Assembly: GCF_002113885.1 (NCBI RefSeq)
Contig: NW_018406762.1
Location: 1,142,834 to 1,206,833, forward strand
DNA: 64,000 nucleotides
Reading direction: 5' to 3'
DNA from: Mizuhopecten yessoensis
Lineage: Eukaryota
This document shows, in pieces, positions 35,119 to 49,900 of the stretch (positions within the stretch are counted from its first letter, which is position 1; every line of letters starts with the position of its first letter). The notes beneath the pieces were generated by a model, which saw only the letters and a program-made list of their open reading frames with translations, made no database searches and had not been told where the DNA came from. A program made the translations under genes and the position numbers.

Positions 35119-36039
35119 AACAATGAATGGCATACACATAGCTCCGAATTTATGCATAACTACATCATGGATGTTTATCGAATCTGAGCAATCAGAAGCT
35201 TTTAAATTGTTTATTGAAGTTCAAAAATACTATTTAAATATTCCTGTTTTTTTTTTCTCCTTTTACGATTGAGCTATATTCACTAGAAAGCTGTTTTGTG
35301 GGATCAATTGATCTGAACGTGTAAGTACAAAAACAAGTAAGTTTAGAAATTATTTCTTGTAGGTTATATAAAATGATAGTTTCCGTATAAAGCCGGTTCA
35401 TTGGTAGAGTTCACAAAAAGGTGTAAGATCACCTTCTTGATCTCACACAGAACGATTTGTTGGCTAATTGGCCATACGTGGACATCCAAACCGGATAATT
35501 TTATTGGAAGTAATTCTTGAGTTTCATATGTGTGAATCTCAATAAAATGGGACTTGTGACGTACCAAGCACTTTACGTTAAGTCATTTCCTCATTGAATT
35601 CTATGTTGATTTATTTTCAATAAGTCTTCCTGACTGTTTGTTTCGGTTAGATGAAATTCGACACACAACTAAGAATTGTCCGACATTAGTCCGTGGTGAT
35701 ATTAAAAAATATATTTGTTTCTTACTTTTTAAGAACTGCAACTTAAAAAGTTAAACACTTTTGCCAAAAGAAAACCCCGTTTAACGTTGTGGCCTATCTA
35801 TAGGACGACGCCGACGACGCCGATGATGCTGATAAGCCTACCACCTGTGAACAAATTCTCATTACAATACAATCTTATTAAATATAATGTGTGAGCATCA
35901 GAACGAAATATGTTATGTTTTTACATTTGTATTGACTATGACATAGATCAGAAGTTTAGGTGTAGCTAGAGAACTACTCTTGGTATTGATCATTCTGTCA
36001 TTCTAATTCTAGGGTGTAGGTTAAGTCAAAGAGGTTTTG

Positions 36040-36620
36040 TACCTGATAAGATTTTTACTGTCATCCAGGTTACAGTGACCTAATTTTAGTATACAACACT
36101 AAGTCGTGTCCCTGTTAACTCTCTGGACAAACTTTTTAATTAAACATAAATATATAGGTCAAAGGTAGAAATATAGGTCACAGTGACCTACAATGTAGTG
36201 TACGACACTCAAGATCTACCTATATACAATGTTTTGTGGTTTTAGGTGTGATAATAAAGAAGTTATATTCTGGACAAACCTTTAACTATTTTATAAATCA
36301 ATAGTCAAATATAGGTCACAGTGACCTACTTTCAAAATTGCATACTCTCCCGACGTGTCCTTGTAGTAGCCTTGATGCACCAAGAAGTGATTATCAATTA
36401 ACACTGTATAAGGATAGAGGTCAAAGGTCTCATTAAGCCAGTGTCCTATTTTTAGTATGTCCAAGTTTACCCTCCAGAAATGTACTGCATAACAAATATG
36501 AAAAAAATACATATGCACTAGCCAGAGTATGAGGTGTCAAACCTCTCGACACCAAACAGGTCAAAGGTCAGATGGTCACAGTGTACATTTTTCAGTATGG
36601 GACACTCTGCCATCCGAAAT
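36040..36620. repeat. Decayed HINE-type satellite fragments
   Basis: Recurrent AAATATAGGTCACAGTGACCTA / GGTCAAAGGTC motifs. Confidence 0.5.
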
Positions 36621-36690
36621 TATGTCTCTTTCACAGGTCTAGTCCTTTTATTATAATACGGACATTATAATCACGACGAATATCTTCAAT

Positions 36691-37592
36691 AACAAGAGGC
36701 ATAGAGGGCCTTATCACTCACCTGAATATTTAAGCAGTCAAAGCAAAATATTCTCATTAAATATTATATTGCACTACAAATATTTCCCTCGCAAACTTTG
36801 TCGGCTCCATTTGTTGAAACTACCAGCCAAATATTATTATTAAGATTCTATACTTTGGTTCTTCTTCAGAAGTTGTTTGACATATTTCCCCCTGTGACTT
36901 GTTAGTAGGTCAATGTCATTTTCCTTCTGAAACTTTGTTAGCTCTATCCCAAGAAGCTACCAGCCAAATCTTATGAATCCATTCCTTTTGGTTCTTCAGA
37001 CCAAACCCTTTGAAATGTTGTTGACCTCTGTGACCTTTTAAAGTTGGTTGAGGTCATTTTCAATTGCGAATTTTGATGAGCTCTATCCCAGGAGGCCACC
37101 AGCAAAATATTATAATTTTATGCCTTTCGATTATTCTTCAGAAGTCGTTTGATGTTTTTGACATATTTGACACCTGTGACCTTGAAAGTAGATCAAAGTC
37201 ATTTTCATTCTCAAACTTCGTCGGGCTCGATCCCGGAAAGCCACCAGCCTAATATAAAGATTAGATACCTTTCAGTTCTTCAGAAGAAGTCGTTTGACAT
37301 ATTTGACCGTTGTGACATTGAAAGTAGGTCAAAGTCATTTTCATTCTCAAACTTCGTCGGGCTCGATCCCTGAAAGCCACCAGCCCAGAAGTCAGATTCT
37401 ATACCTTTCAGTTCTTCAGAAGAAGTCGTTTGAAGAGTTTGACATATTTGACCGTTGTGACATTGAAAGTAGGTCAAGGTCATTTTAATTCTCAAACTTT
37501 GTCCGGCTCCTACCAACAAAGCTTTCATTCAAATATCATGGCTCTATGCCTGTTTGTTCTTCAGAGGAAGTTGTTTAAAAGAAAGTTGACGG
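36691..37592 (-). mobile_element. Non-autonomous Helentron (HINE/DINE-like) element with internal ~140-bp tandem units
   Basis: End reads CAGGTGAG..AAGGCCCTCTATGCCTCTTGTT on minus (subTIR + GC hairpin + TTGTT). Internal units TGTGACCTTGAAAGTAGGTCAAGGTCATTTT...GTTCTTCAGAAGAAGTCG at ~36893, 37029, 37174, 37311, 37456. Confidence 0.7.
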
Positions 37593-38115
37593 ACAAAGTG
37601 TAATGTACAAAGCTTTGACAATGTGTAAAGGACAAAGCTTTGACAAAGTGTAATGGATAAAGCTTCGACAACGTGTAATTGACAAAGCTTCGACAAAGTG
37701 TAATGGACAAAGCTAAGAAAAAGTGTAATTGACAAAGCTTCGACAAAGTGTAATGAACAAAGCTTCGACAAAGTGTAATGGACAAAGCTTCGACAAAGTG
37801 TGATGGACAAAGCTTCGACAACGTGTAATGGACAAAGTGTTCTGGACAAAGCTTCGACAACGTGTAAAGGACAAAGCTTCGACAAAGTGTTCTGGACAAA
37901 GCTTCGACAAAGTGTAATGGACAAAGCTAAGAAAAAGTGTAACTGACAAAGCTTCGACAAAGTGGAATGAACAAAGCTTAGACAAAGTGGAATGAATAAA
38001 CTTAGACAAAGTGTAATGGACAAAGCTATGACAAATTGTGATGGACAAAGCTTAGACAAAGTGTAATAAATAAAGCTTAGACAAAGTGTAATTGACAAAG
38101 CTTAGACAAATTGTA
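37590..38115 (+). repeat. 25-bp minisatellite (~20 copies), two GACAAAG half-units
   Basis: GACAAAGTGTAATG-GACAAAGCTTC repeated. Confidence 0.92.
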
Positions 38116-40951
38116 AGGGATTAAGTTTTATGGTTCAAGTTTAATTGAAAAAGTGTGAAGGAGGGTGTAATGTAAAAAGTTTGATGGTCAGACAATATCA
38201 TTGACAAAGCGTAACGGAGAGATAGTTAGTGTGATGGACAAACAGACAATGTGTATTGGACAGAGTATGATGGACAGATAAAGTATGACAGACAGGCAGA
38301 TTTATAAAAGTGACAAGGTCCTATAGTACCATACAGGATAACATCTTGAAATGACCTTAGCTGTGGATAGGATGTAAGGCTCTTCACCACCAATTCAGAG
38401 TTACTGATAGGTCTAGGGTAGGGAATCAATTAAGATATAAAGACACCAGACACTGTAATTATGAGTAGTTTGTACTTTATTATTCACAAATTTAAACAAG
38501 TATCTACTACAAGGTAAACATATATAATGATGTTGATAAACCCTTGTTATAATATACAGTAGTACACTGAACTAAGTCTGTACACAAGTGGGTCAACATT
38601 CACAGGCAGACACTTGTACAGGTCCGCCATTACAGGAGGCCAAAACGGGACGCCAACAGTGCTAGCTACGGCATGTTTGAGGGGGAAAAAAACAGAAACA
38701 AGTTAAAATAGCTTATAATGCCAACTGTACGAGTCTCTGCTACCTTCTTTAAACATGATCAAGTGACTGGTCAGCAGAGAATGACCAGTACGGTCACTCA
38801 TTCACAAAACATACATGTGAACCCATCACTAAAAGGATGAAATATATTCCCAGCAATAAAATCAAATTTACTTAACGACTTTGCCTCTTCACTTACAAGC
38901 CAAGAGAACAGCCATTTCTTACAGGGAAATCAGTAAACCGTGTCACTAGGACCTATACTTATAAATACCCGTTTTTAGCACTTCCTCTTTACAATGTCTT
39001 ATTGACCAATATCTCAAGAAGAACATTAATCCACACAACATGATGAATTCGACCCCGATCATGCAGAGGAAGAAATTAAAAATACAATACAGTTGACTGA
39101 AGCAAAAACTCTTATCATCCTGATGTGACCACTTGATCAATGATAATATATTAAAATTCAATATTGTGTACAAAATATTCCAAATGCATAATTTTTTTAC
39201 TTAAAACAGTTTTCCCATCTTTAAAAAATCCCAATAGAACAGTAAATTGCAACTATAAAATTCACAAAAACTGATATTCCAGTAAAGATATCCTCTACTG
39301 TAGATTATAAATAATTAACAAAATAGCCTCACTTTCGTTATACTAAAACTCATTTCTATAAAAACCAAACATGTTGAAATTATTTTCTACTGGCCTGCAG
39401 ACTTTCTTCTCCAATAAATCTAAGGAGACATAAAAATTACAAACGGACTATAATTACATGTACAATAGAACAAACCACTCCTGGCTGGGAACGTGTGGCT
39501 ATTCCGCATTACAGCAGTGTTTAGTGTGGAGAGGTCGCAAGTCGCTACGGAAAATCTACGTATACAACGTAAAATTAGACAATTTACTTACACAACTGTC
39601 CCAATATATTTTTTACCAGCTTTCTGAAATTTCTTTGGTCTTCAATGAATGTGCAGTACCGACCAAAGGAACTAGTTTTTTTTTCCATACAAGAAATATT
39701 AACTGAAAAAGCACGAATCTGTTGCCATGACAATGCCTTTTTGTATCAAAAATATAATCTCCATCATGTTCTAAGGTCATTGTCATGACAACAAAAGCGA
39801 TATTTCATAACGAGGGGTGAATGGAATAGAATGGACTGAATCGTATCTAAATGGTCTAAGGATGACCTAACCAAGCCTTTCATTACCAAAAAACGGAATA
39901 TCTTAAAGTGTTTTGATTGTCTTTTTTTATGTACAGAAAATAAAAGCTTTAAACTGCAAAGAAAAATATTAAAAGCTACTAAGTAGAATGACAATATTGG
40001 GATATTCTGATTTTTTTTTTTTTTGGGGTGGTTTATATTTCAAACAATTAACAAATGTTATTTTTCAATCAATTATAATAATATTTCATATTGAAAATAT
40101 GTATTTTTAATGGTTATAATAATATTTAATATTAAGGTATACGTGTCACCGGGTTGACAGCCAAACAATATTGGCCTGCATTGTGAGTAAGGCTCTACAC
40201 CAAACATTTAACACACATATAAATAAACCACATCTTACCCACTTTTAATGGTGGAAATAAAAAGCACTTTATTTAAAAAAAAACACACATTTCCATGACT
40301 ACGTGATATTAGAAAAATCATTGTTCAGGAAATGAGTATAATAACGTTGGATAAAATCTAGATAAATGTTTTATTTTAATAAATAAGAAAGTTTGTTAGG
40401 GTGATGAAATCTTGTGATAATACTATCGGCAGTACCTGTAGAGAAATGGCTTACTAACATGAGAAACTGACATATATTACAATCATATGTCAGTAAACAT
40501 AGTTACAATGACCTACATTCTACATTTAGTTTTGGTTAAGATGAAGTACACCTCCTTCCTCCCACATATGTGAAATAAAATGTAGTCAAATCCAGGAAAT
40601 CCTAATATTCACTGAATCTACACTTTTCAAATTAATTGCTTTAATTTCAAATGGTTTTTTCCTGATTACAATTTAAACGAAATAAGGTATCTTCAAGTCA
40701 AGAAATCAAAATAAAAGCTTAGGCAGCAGAGTCTACACATTAACATTATGAGGTAATGCAGACATTCCCGTGAACACCTGCTGCAGTAATATCAGTAGGA
40801 ATATGACATGGCACCATTGTTGATAAAGATATGGAGACTGACCTACATTACAGAGCCTGAATTAAACAATCGGCAACCTACGAGTTTGCTCAGTCATAAG
40901 AGCACAGCTGCTTAGTTTGAGAGGGATCCTGGTATCAGACAAGCTAACAAT

Positions 40952-41362
40952 GATGTATCTACAGTACCATACCCATCCAACAATGATGTACTACAGTACC
41001 ATACCCATACAATACAGTGTATATACAGAACCATACCAATACAGTAGTGTATCTACAGTACCATACCAATACAGTACAGTGCCAATACAGTACAGTGTAT
41101 CTACAGTACCATACCAATACAATACAGTGTATATACAGTACCATACCAATACAATACAGTGTATCTACAGTACCATACCAATACAGTACAGTGTATCTAC
41201 AGTACCATACCAATACAATATAGTGTATCTACAGTACCATACCAATACAGTTCAGTGTATCTACAGTACCATACCAATACAATACAGTGTATCTACAGTA
41301 CCGTACCAATACGATACAGTGTATATACAGTATCGTACCAATACAATACAGTGTATCTAGTG
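40952..41362 (+). repeat. 32-bp minisatellite (~12 copies)
   Basis: CAGTGTATCTACAGTACCATACCAATACAATA; period 32. Confidence 0.92.
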
Positions 41363-42846
41363 CCTTAACACTTCCTTAGGATTTCTTTAAGAATTAAACC
41401 TAAATTAATGAATGCAGGAACTACAACCCAATCAAAACAGTTGACTTGAATTTATGAATAAACCAAAGGTCAATGTCCACAACCAATGAAAAACCTTAAC
41501 TTTAATCTATGCATGAACAAAAGGTTAATTTTCACAGTTAACTGCTAATTATGCATGAACTAAAGGTCAGTGCTGCCCCTGCTGGTATGATTGGTCTTGC
41601 GTGGCCACAAAGAGAAAAGATAACTGCCGTGATTTCATTGTACAGTCAAGGTACATAAGGCCACATTAATACGCTTATTTCTTGAGAAATTTGAAATTAT
41701 TTATACATTTAAAATTTTTAACCTGAGATTGAAAATAAATTAACAAATCACTGAAACAAAAAACAACCGTCTGTGAATTCAAAATGAATTAAAACTTTTA
41801 CAGGTATGCTATTTTGTTTCCAATTATAAAATTAAATCATAATTTGTACACATCATAGCTACACTGTTCATCTAGTTTTTGTCAACTTTCATGTGAGCAT
41901 TAGTCTGGTGTGCTCCAAGTGGATCAGGAAGATACAAGATTATATAGATATCTGTACAAGGCTAATCAATTGTGCTTTCAACCCATTCTCTTACTAAAGA
42001 AAATAAAAACAAATTTAATGACCTGTTATCAATGTATATCGTCCTATGCTTGACCCACCAATATAAAGGCCCTGGTCACAGATACTGGCTTAGAAGTTCT
42101 AGGAGGATCAGATTCTGATCAAGATTTAGCAGCTTGTTTAGAGGTAGTTATGTTTTTGTTGTAACCAAATCATACAATTGTTTGAAATCCTTTAATTAAC
42201 CCTACAATGTTTCCTTCACAGTACTTTCGGTCCTTCTATGTTTCTGCCATGAGGCTCTATGGGGACATCACTCTGGGTTATGTTGTTATATGGTTTTTAA
42301 GTATTGGAGGGCTAGTATGAAATTCCTGAGATACAAGCTGAGCAATTATCTGTTTAAAAAGTTTGTTTTACATAACATTCATGTTAAATTAATGCTGATG
42401 TTTTTTTATGATATTTTACAGAAAATGCAACTAAGGACAGAACTGAGGACCCGTTTCCCCAACATCCCTCAGCCGGCTCACATTTTCCCCTTGATATAGA
42501 TTTCGTCTTCGAGTTGTCCTTTACATATTGCCAATTCCCTTTGTTGGGCATGTTATTCGAAAATTGGTACGAATACAGCAACATAAGGGACAAAATGGGC
42601 CAGTCACCAAGCTTCTTTCCTTTTTTGAAACATAACTATTAAACAGACACTGCTGAAATTGATAGGCAAAAGCAATAAAACACAGAGAGTAAGCCAAAGT
42701 GACATTTGAAATCAAAAGTATCGGACTACTAAATATTTGAGTTTTGTTATCCTTCAATTTCCCCTTTTTGAAAAGTCCAGACCTCTGAAACGAGCTTGTA
42801 ATTATGGGCCTTTGACTGTGTGAGAAGGAGGAGAAGGCAGATTTGT

Positions 42847-42937
42847 ATAACCCTTTCACCCCTATGTAACTTTTAAGACTCTACCATGCATTGATATGGA
42901 TGAGTCCATTATGGTCTACAGTGGTGAAAGGGGGTAA
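42847..42937 (-). mobile_element. ~90-bp TTAA-flanked MITE, copy 2 of 3
   Basis: Reverse complement of 50131-50221 and 3454-3544. Confidence 0.8.
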
Positions 42938-44002
42938 TAATCCACTGAATTTTAGACATACAGGACAGCTGCGTGTCTGACAAAAACAGGCTGCTAGAAA
43001 TACAATTATTTTTGTTTTGCTTGTTTGAATGAACATGTACAGTTGACTTCCTTTGGAAAAAAAATTACACTCATGATTTACATATTGTGGGTTATTACGG
43101 TCAATCTTGCCAAAGGGCCTTTTTTTGAGTCAGATAAGTTCATGAATCTAAACAATATTTCCTTAATTAAAAATATAAAATTTTATCGATAATGTATTTC
43201 AAATGGTTGTCTTTGTAATTAATTCTTCATTAAAATTAGAACTTGTCTACGCCTAAAAACTACTAGGATTCCCCTGCAATGGAAACTCAACCAGACTGAT
43301 GTTTTTATCTTGTTTAACTCACTTACCCCTGAAATTTCATGATTAACTATAAATTTTGAATTGAAAGAGTTAAATTGTGTCTTCAGGGGTGAATAAGTTA
43401 AATCTTGTATACCTTTTTCCATGAATTTCAGATGTTTGTTTTAAATTTTAAGTAAACACAGCGGTTTGGCTAATAGACACACAGTCTTCTTTCAGTTTAA
43501 TGGTTTGTGATGTAAAAGTTGTAACTCATTCCACATACCATACTGTAATGTCAGAGTTGATAAGGGGAGGTAACTGTGCAACAGATTAAACTCTGTCATA
43601 ATTCAATACGCTGAGCAGAATTCTAAACAAGCCATGAAATAATTTACATCGTGATTTTTGACTGTTCTCAAATGCATAAATATAACTGTTAAAATAGTCA
43701 TTTGAAATTAAAAGTGATATGACAAAACCCCACATAATAATATGTCATTCAGATTAAAAGAATGATTTCTTTATACAGCATCGTATCAAGACAACACATG
43801 AAATAACAAATACATGGTATTATATCACCACAACTACATATTTGTGTCATTTTCCTTTATCCATTCCACACATTTTTCAGTTCAGCTTCATTACACCAGG
43901 CCTTCACAAACCTTCCTCATCTGATGCTTTAATGGAGTTACGGAAAATAAGTAACAGAAATTTTCCGTATCTCCAGAAAAGCTTTCCATTCTGAACACAC
44001 CA

Positions 44003-44226
44003 TCAGGGGTGGATCCAGGATTTCGTGTTAAGTGTTAAAAAGATATCTGCTGAGGTCATGATGTTGTCAAGTGCAGGTGGTGGTGGTGTGGGATGGTTTA
44101 GTGAAGAAACTACCAAAGTGAAAATCAAACAACCAAAAAGTGTGGGCTTTCATCCTTTGGGAGGAAATTATAGAAAAATTTTTTAAAGTGCAGTCCCCCT
44201 GATTCATCGCCTGGATCCATCCCTGA
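44003..44226. mobile_element. MITE with GGGGTGGATCCAGG TIRs (PIF/Harbinger-like)
   Basis: TCA-GGGGTGGATCCAGG ... CCTGGATCCATCCC-TGA. Confidence 0.6.
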
Positions 44227-45402
44227 ACGGGTTTCAAATCAAAAGATATTTTACTCGACAACAGCAGAAAACATGTAGATTCATAGACCTATATTTTGTT
44301 TCTGCTTATTGTTTGAAGTAAGACATCACCAGCATTTCCCTGTGGATACAATATATCATAGACAGCACTTGTTATTGTAATGGCATGAACAATGCGCGAC
44401 ACAACGTAGTAGACAGTCTGTACAGAACAATAAACAACAAATACTATCTATTCCTTTAAGCCTCTAGTAATCTCCTCTATGTACAATGCTAGAGAAATAA
44501 ATTACATTTTAATGAATAAACAAATATACAAAGGTCTGACCACTCCCATTTCTAAGACATCGTTTATTCCTAAACAACAAAATAGTTGACACTTTAAACA
44601 CATTTGTTGTTTTGTAATCTTTTAAAAATGTCTTAAAGCTGGAATATGTGGGGGAGAGGGGGAGATTTTCATGTCTGGCCAAAATTGGAAATTAGTTACT
44701 GTACTTTGCATGGCTTACAACATTAGTTTCACAGTAAGAAAAAGTACAAGAACATTGGTGTTATCGTGATTAATTGTTTCCGTACAAGTTATTTCACAAG
44801 TTGATTAATTGATAAACATTTGTGTTCTACTTTCTGATGCATTAACTGATCTATCAGGTTCCCGTTGTTTGTCTACCTTCATCATTCTCTAATAACAACA
44901 AAAAGTTCCAGATTGTCGTAACAGGATTACACCTGTGGTAGGTGTTTAGCCATGTTCACTCTAAACTGATCTTGCTCAGCCGAATATATCAAACAGAATC
45001 AATCTTCCAAACAAAATACTTGGAATTTCAGATATGTATCATCCTCGCAAACTATCTGATTTACATATAATTTGCAAATAGGTTTTTAAGACCAAATCAC
45101 GAGGTATATAAATCATGCCCTTTACATGAGGTATATTTTAAGCTCAAGTAGTTTTGAATCTTAACCAGACAGAAGTTATATAACAAGATCTGTACATCTT
45201 CGTTACATATTTTACACGTGTACGTATTCTAGACAAAGGTTGAGCTCCACGCAGGATCTTATCAACTGATGATGTTTCTATTGGTCATAGTATAACAACA
45301 CTTACAAAGTTGATGGGAAAAGGAGTAGTGGGGAATCAAACAAGAAACATGCAATCATAAATCCTAAGTAAATGTATGAGGTATTTATGTCAAATATCAG
45401 CC

Positions 45403-45434
<32 letters not shown>
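45403..45434. repeat. (ATG)n microsatellite
   Basis: About 10 ATG/GAT units. Confidence 0.9.
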
Positions 45435-46501
45435 AACTCATGATAATGATTTTCTGAGTGATTGAAGTCAACAATCGGTGTCAAGTTACCTCCCCTTGGT
45501 TCTATCACAATTTCATGCTTGGCATTTGTTTAATTCTTTCACACAGACTTACTTTGAATAGGACAAAGTGCATTACCACTGCTGCCACGAAAAAGAGTAT
45601 GATTTCCACAGCAGATTGTATTAGGAGCAATGCTTCATGGCAGAAATCTTTTGGCATAAGTTGTAATACCTGAATTTGAAATTTCCAATCAGTGTGTTCC
45701 AGTGCAATTGAGATTAAGAAAAAACCATGGGATAACAAGACCATAAATGACAGCTACAACAACACAGCAGAGAGCCTAGAAACACAGCTCTATGGGATGT
45801 CAAGGAAAACGTACCGGAAACAAATACATAAAACCCATGATCCAACTCGGCCATAGATACATACATCAGTTGATCAACAGCAGACACCTGTTCAAATACC
45901 CAGGAACGCCGCGGAACACTTGTTCAACCGGTTCAAAAACACTTGAACAAATGCTCAATGTTGAATCAATGATGCTTGAACAGTAACATGATCATTATAC
46001 ATTTTCAGAATGTTCCTGACGAACTCTGAAGTTTCATGTGTAGACAGGTCTGGTTCTTGTAGCCACAAGCCCCTTGAAATGAAATAATTTCTATGCACTC
46101 ATAACATTAATCAGAGTGACAAACAAAGGTAATAACACATTTCTGAACACTTTTTTAAATTTATGATGTGTAACTTTACATTTGAACCAAGAGTCATGTC
46201 ACTTAATATGAGGTATACGGACACTGACCTCTGGTCTACATCATGAAACTTCAAAATTTTGCATGGCAGCCTATATTCCTTATGAACAATGACACAGAAC
46301 TATATGCGTCGAACAGCTTTTTTGTTTTTGTCACGTAGAACATTTTCTTTTCTTCTGAAATGCTTGTTTTTGAAATCAACAGTCTCAATCCGTAACATAT
46401 AGCATTACTTATGCTATAATCTGGATGTTATTCCTGGACCCAGCGGTCAGTAGATCAGAACAGTCCGTCCTGCACGTTCTCTACATTATGTCCATGGCTG
46501 T

Positions 46502-46542
<41 letters not shown>
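46502..46542. repeat. (CA)n(TA)n compound microsatellite in ACVR2 3' UTR
   Basis: Directly visible. Confidence 0.9.
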
Positions 46543-46547
<5 letters not shown>

Positions 46548-46956
46548 TAACTGGTCGTCTCCTCTTTGTATAATGAGAGAGGCGAGATCCCACAGTGTCA
46601 CGTAGCTCCTGAGGTGGGATGTGTCTGCTAACACACACACAAAGACTGAATCACAAAACTCCATAATTCATCAAGCGTCCCTGTCGCTGTAGCAATATGA
46701 TTTGAGAAGCTCTATATATATAAGTTTGTATTGTAGCGTCCTTTTTCACTGCATACAAACCTCACTTTCGACATTCCTCTCCCCTCCCCCTGGCACTGTC
46801 CGCACAGCCGTTAACTTTCCCTCCCCGTCAAGTCTGTGATGTAATGTACAGCCCTTCCCACTCCCTTCCCATTTGACTTGCACTGCCCTTCCCTTTCCCT
46901 CCCTCATTCAATCAATTTGTCTTTACTATCCCCTCCCCAGTTTGGCCAAGTTTGAG

Positions 46957-49900
46957 CTACGATGAGATGGTAGATATCTGGTAGTGGGTTGTTTCCTGGT
47001 TGGGACAGAGTAAATGGCTGGTTGAGTTAGATACGTTGAGAGTGCGGCCTATCTGCAGCAAGCGTTCGTGGACACAGTCAGCCGACACCCGTGCTTCTGC
47101 ATCCTGATCCCAACATTCTTCTATAGTGGGAATCAGAGCCTCAAGTCCCTGTAAGGTAAGAAAGTCAAACATACAGCTGGTATCTAAAGAAGACAAACAT
47201 AACATAATTACATTTATCATATGAATACTGTGTTATGCAGTGTCATAAAACCATCACACGAATTATGTTTATGTAACATGTATAATATCACTCTGGAAAT
47301 GACGTCACAATTGAATAGGAACAATCAATGTGATGTCACCTCATTGTGAAGCGGACACAATTTTCATCGTTCAGAAGCGGCAAAGTGCAAAATATTCCTT
47401 TCAGATCACAATTATACATCTTACTTTGTATTATATGATAAAAAGAATCGGTCATTTGTTTCCCTTCATATTAGATTTCTGATACTCGTTTTGGACTTTT
47501 CATATTTGCTCGCAAAAACATGAAAACTTGTATCATAAATCTAATCTGAAGGGAAACTTTTGACAATAATCATGTTAAGTATGATTTCAGATGGTCTAAA
47601 AACACCCACCGCATGTCTGATCCAGTGATCCTTGACGGAGGGGCGAATCTTCTTCATCACCACCAGCTCCTGCATGTCCTCCAGAGTAGGATGTGAGCCT
47701 ATCTCCTCCTCATATGGTAACTGGTAGTCTTCCACCGGGGCGTCCGAGCCCGAACACCGCGACATGAGTTCCCACATCACCAGGCCACATGCGTACATGT
47801 CAATACGCAAGAAAGCATCTCGGTTAAAACTGATTGCACCTTCCAAGACTTCCGGCGCCATGTAACGCCTTGTTCCCACCTGCAATGTAGTTATTAAAAC
47901 AAAATGCAGAAAACAAATCTACTGATCAATTTTTCAAACTATAATGAATTTTTTTCTCATCACATGTGAATTTCTAGTAGGATAGACATTAATAATTGTT
48001 TACTTTTTCAATTTTCTGTTACTTTTTCTAGATCTACAGACAGATAATGAGCCTCTTTTAAGAGTCTTATATCTACTGCTTAAGTTTCGCCTTAGAAAAG
48101 CTGGTCTTCCATAATGGGGACAAAACATCATGACAGCAAATATAGGTACACAGCATACAATGTAGTACAGCGACTTTTAGTGAAATCAACATTCTAAGAA
48201 AGAACAATTCTACAGAAAGAACAATTCTAAAGATTTTACCTGTGAAAGGGGAGTATTTGACTAAACACAATTTTCCAGGTTTTCAGTGTTCTTTTATCAA
48301 ATAATCTAATATTATATATGGAAGTTAATGACAAAGATTTGACCTATTAACTAATTTAAGTCCAGGACTTTCACAAGTTTCTGCTCCGCTAAAAAAAAAG
48401 AAAACACTGAACAGACATACCAAACCATGAGTCTCCCCTGGGCTTTTGCCTGGTTCAAACTTGATGGCCAGACCAAGATCTGCGATACAAGCTGTCAGGT
48501 CATCCTTCAAGAGCACATTTTTACTCTTGAAGTCACGATGAGCTATTGATGGTTTCCCCTCCAATCCGCGAGCTACTGGGATCTCATCGTGCAGATAGGC
48601 CAGGCCGTTGGTCATGGATTCCGCAATCTTGCAGAGCTCACTCCAGGTGATGGTATTGCCTTTGAGGTAGTCGGACAGTGATCCAAACTCGTGGAAGACC
48701 GAGATTAGCCAGAGGTTCTCTTCACGCTTTTCTGCTCCAATAAATGCAAGCAGATTGTCATGCTTCATGTGAGGTAGCTTGTATATCTCCTGTTCCGTCA
48801 TCCACGATGAACGCTCCTTAAACGGCATGATTTTAACAGCGACCACCTGATCAGTCATAATGCCTTTCCAGACAACTCCGAAACGTCCATGTGCCCGGAC
48901 TTCCTCCAGCTGTACTGGCCGAAGAGGGTGTGGCGAGGGTGGGAGGTCAAGCTCAGGGTCACCAGTAGACAGCTGGTGGTGCTGCATGTATCTACAAATA
49001 CATCAACATGAACATAAACAACACATGACAATAGATCATTTCAAAACAAAAAAGGAAATTTACATCAGTCAATTAATCCAAACCTTATTGTTTTCCAGAC
49101 AATTTTAGGAACTGAAATATTTTTACTACCAATTCCGAAACTTACAATATCAGATTTCTTTAACAAAAAACAAACTTGTCTGTGGAATCAAAATTGACAA
49201 AGCTCCCCTGCATTCATCAGATTAAATCATTTTCTGGGGATTGATCTGAGGCAATTGATGCTACAATGAATTGATCATATAAAAGTCATACTGTATTGTA
49301 AAATCTCCTAGCTTCTTTTATATTCAAATAAAACCCAGCTTCAAATTATGAATACACCACATAATTGACTGTTTTCTCAGCTTTAGTTTTGTGTAAGCTA
49401 TTATACAAAGGCAAGCAAGTGAAGCCCATTCACAGGCCACAGACAATCTGCTAGTGTTTAGTTCACCTGTTGTCCTTGAAGTAGAACCTCCACATAAAGA
49501 ACACGCCGATGATGATTATGACGAGGACAATGATAGGAACAATGGAGTAGAGTAAAGTTTTTAACAACTTGTCCTCCGGAGGATTTGTCTTTGTTGATGA
49601 GGTATCTACAAAAAAAACAAAGACATTATATAAAAGCATTTCAAAATATGGACAAAATTCACATATACAACAAAATGTGTCGGCCTTAATAGCAGAATTT
49701 TGAGTCCTGTGCTCTTATACATGAAACCATTATCATGCTCAAACTCTGATTCTGTGCTCAAGCCCACTTTCTTGTTCAGGTAATAAATTAATAAAATTTC
49801 ACATCTAATCAATGATTTGGAAGAACGTTTGAGAGTTGTAATCTAGAATTGACTTTTTGACCTTGTTACATGATTGACTCATTCACCCATTGAAATCTCA

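Noticed and set aside
37544-38098. Long repetitive ORFs (184, 112, 111 aa)
   Set aside because: Translations of the 25-bp minisatellite.
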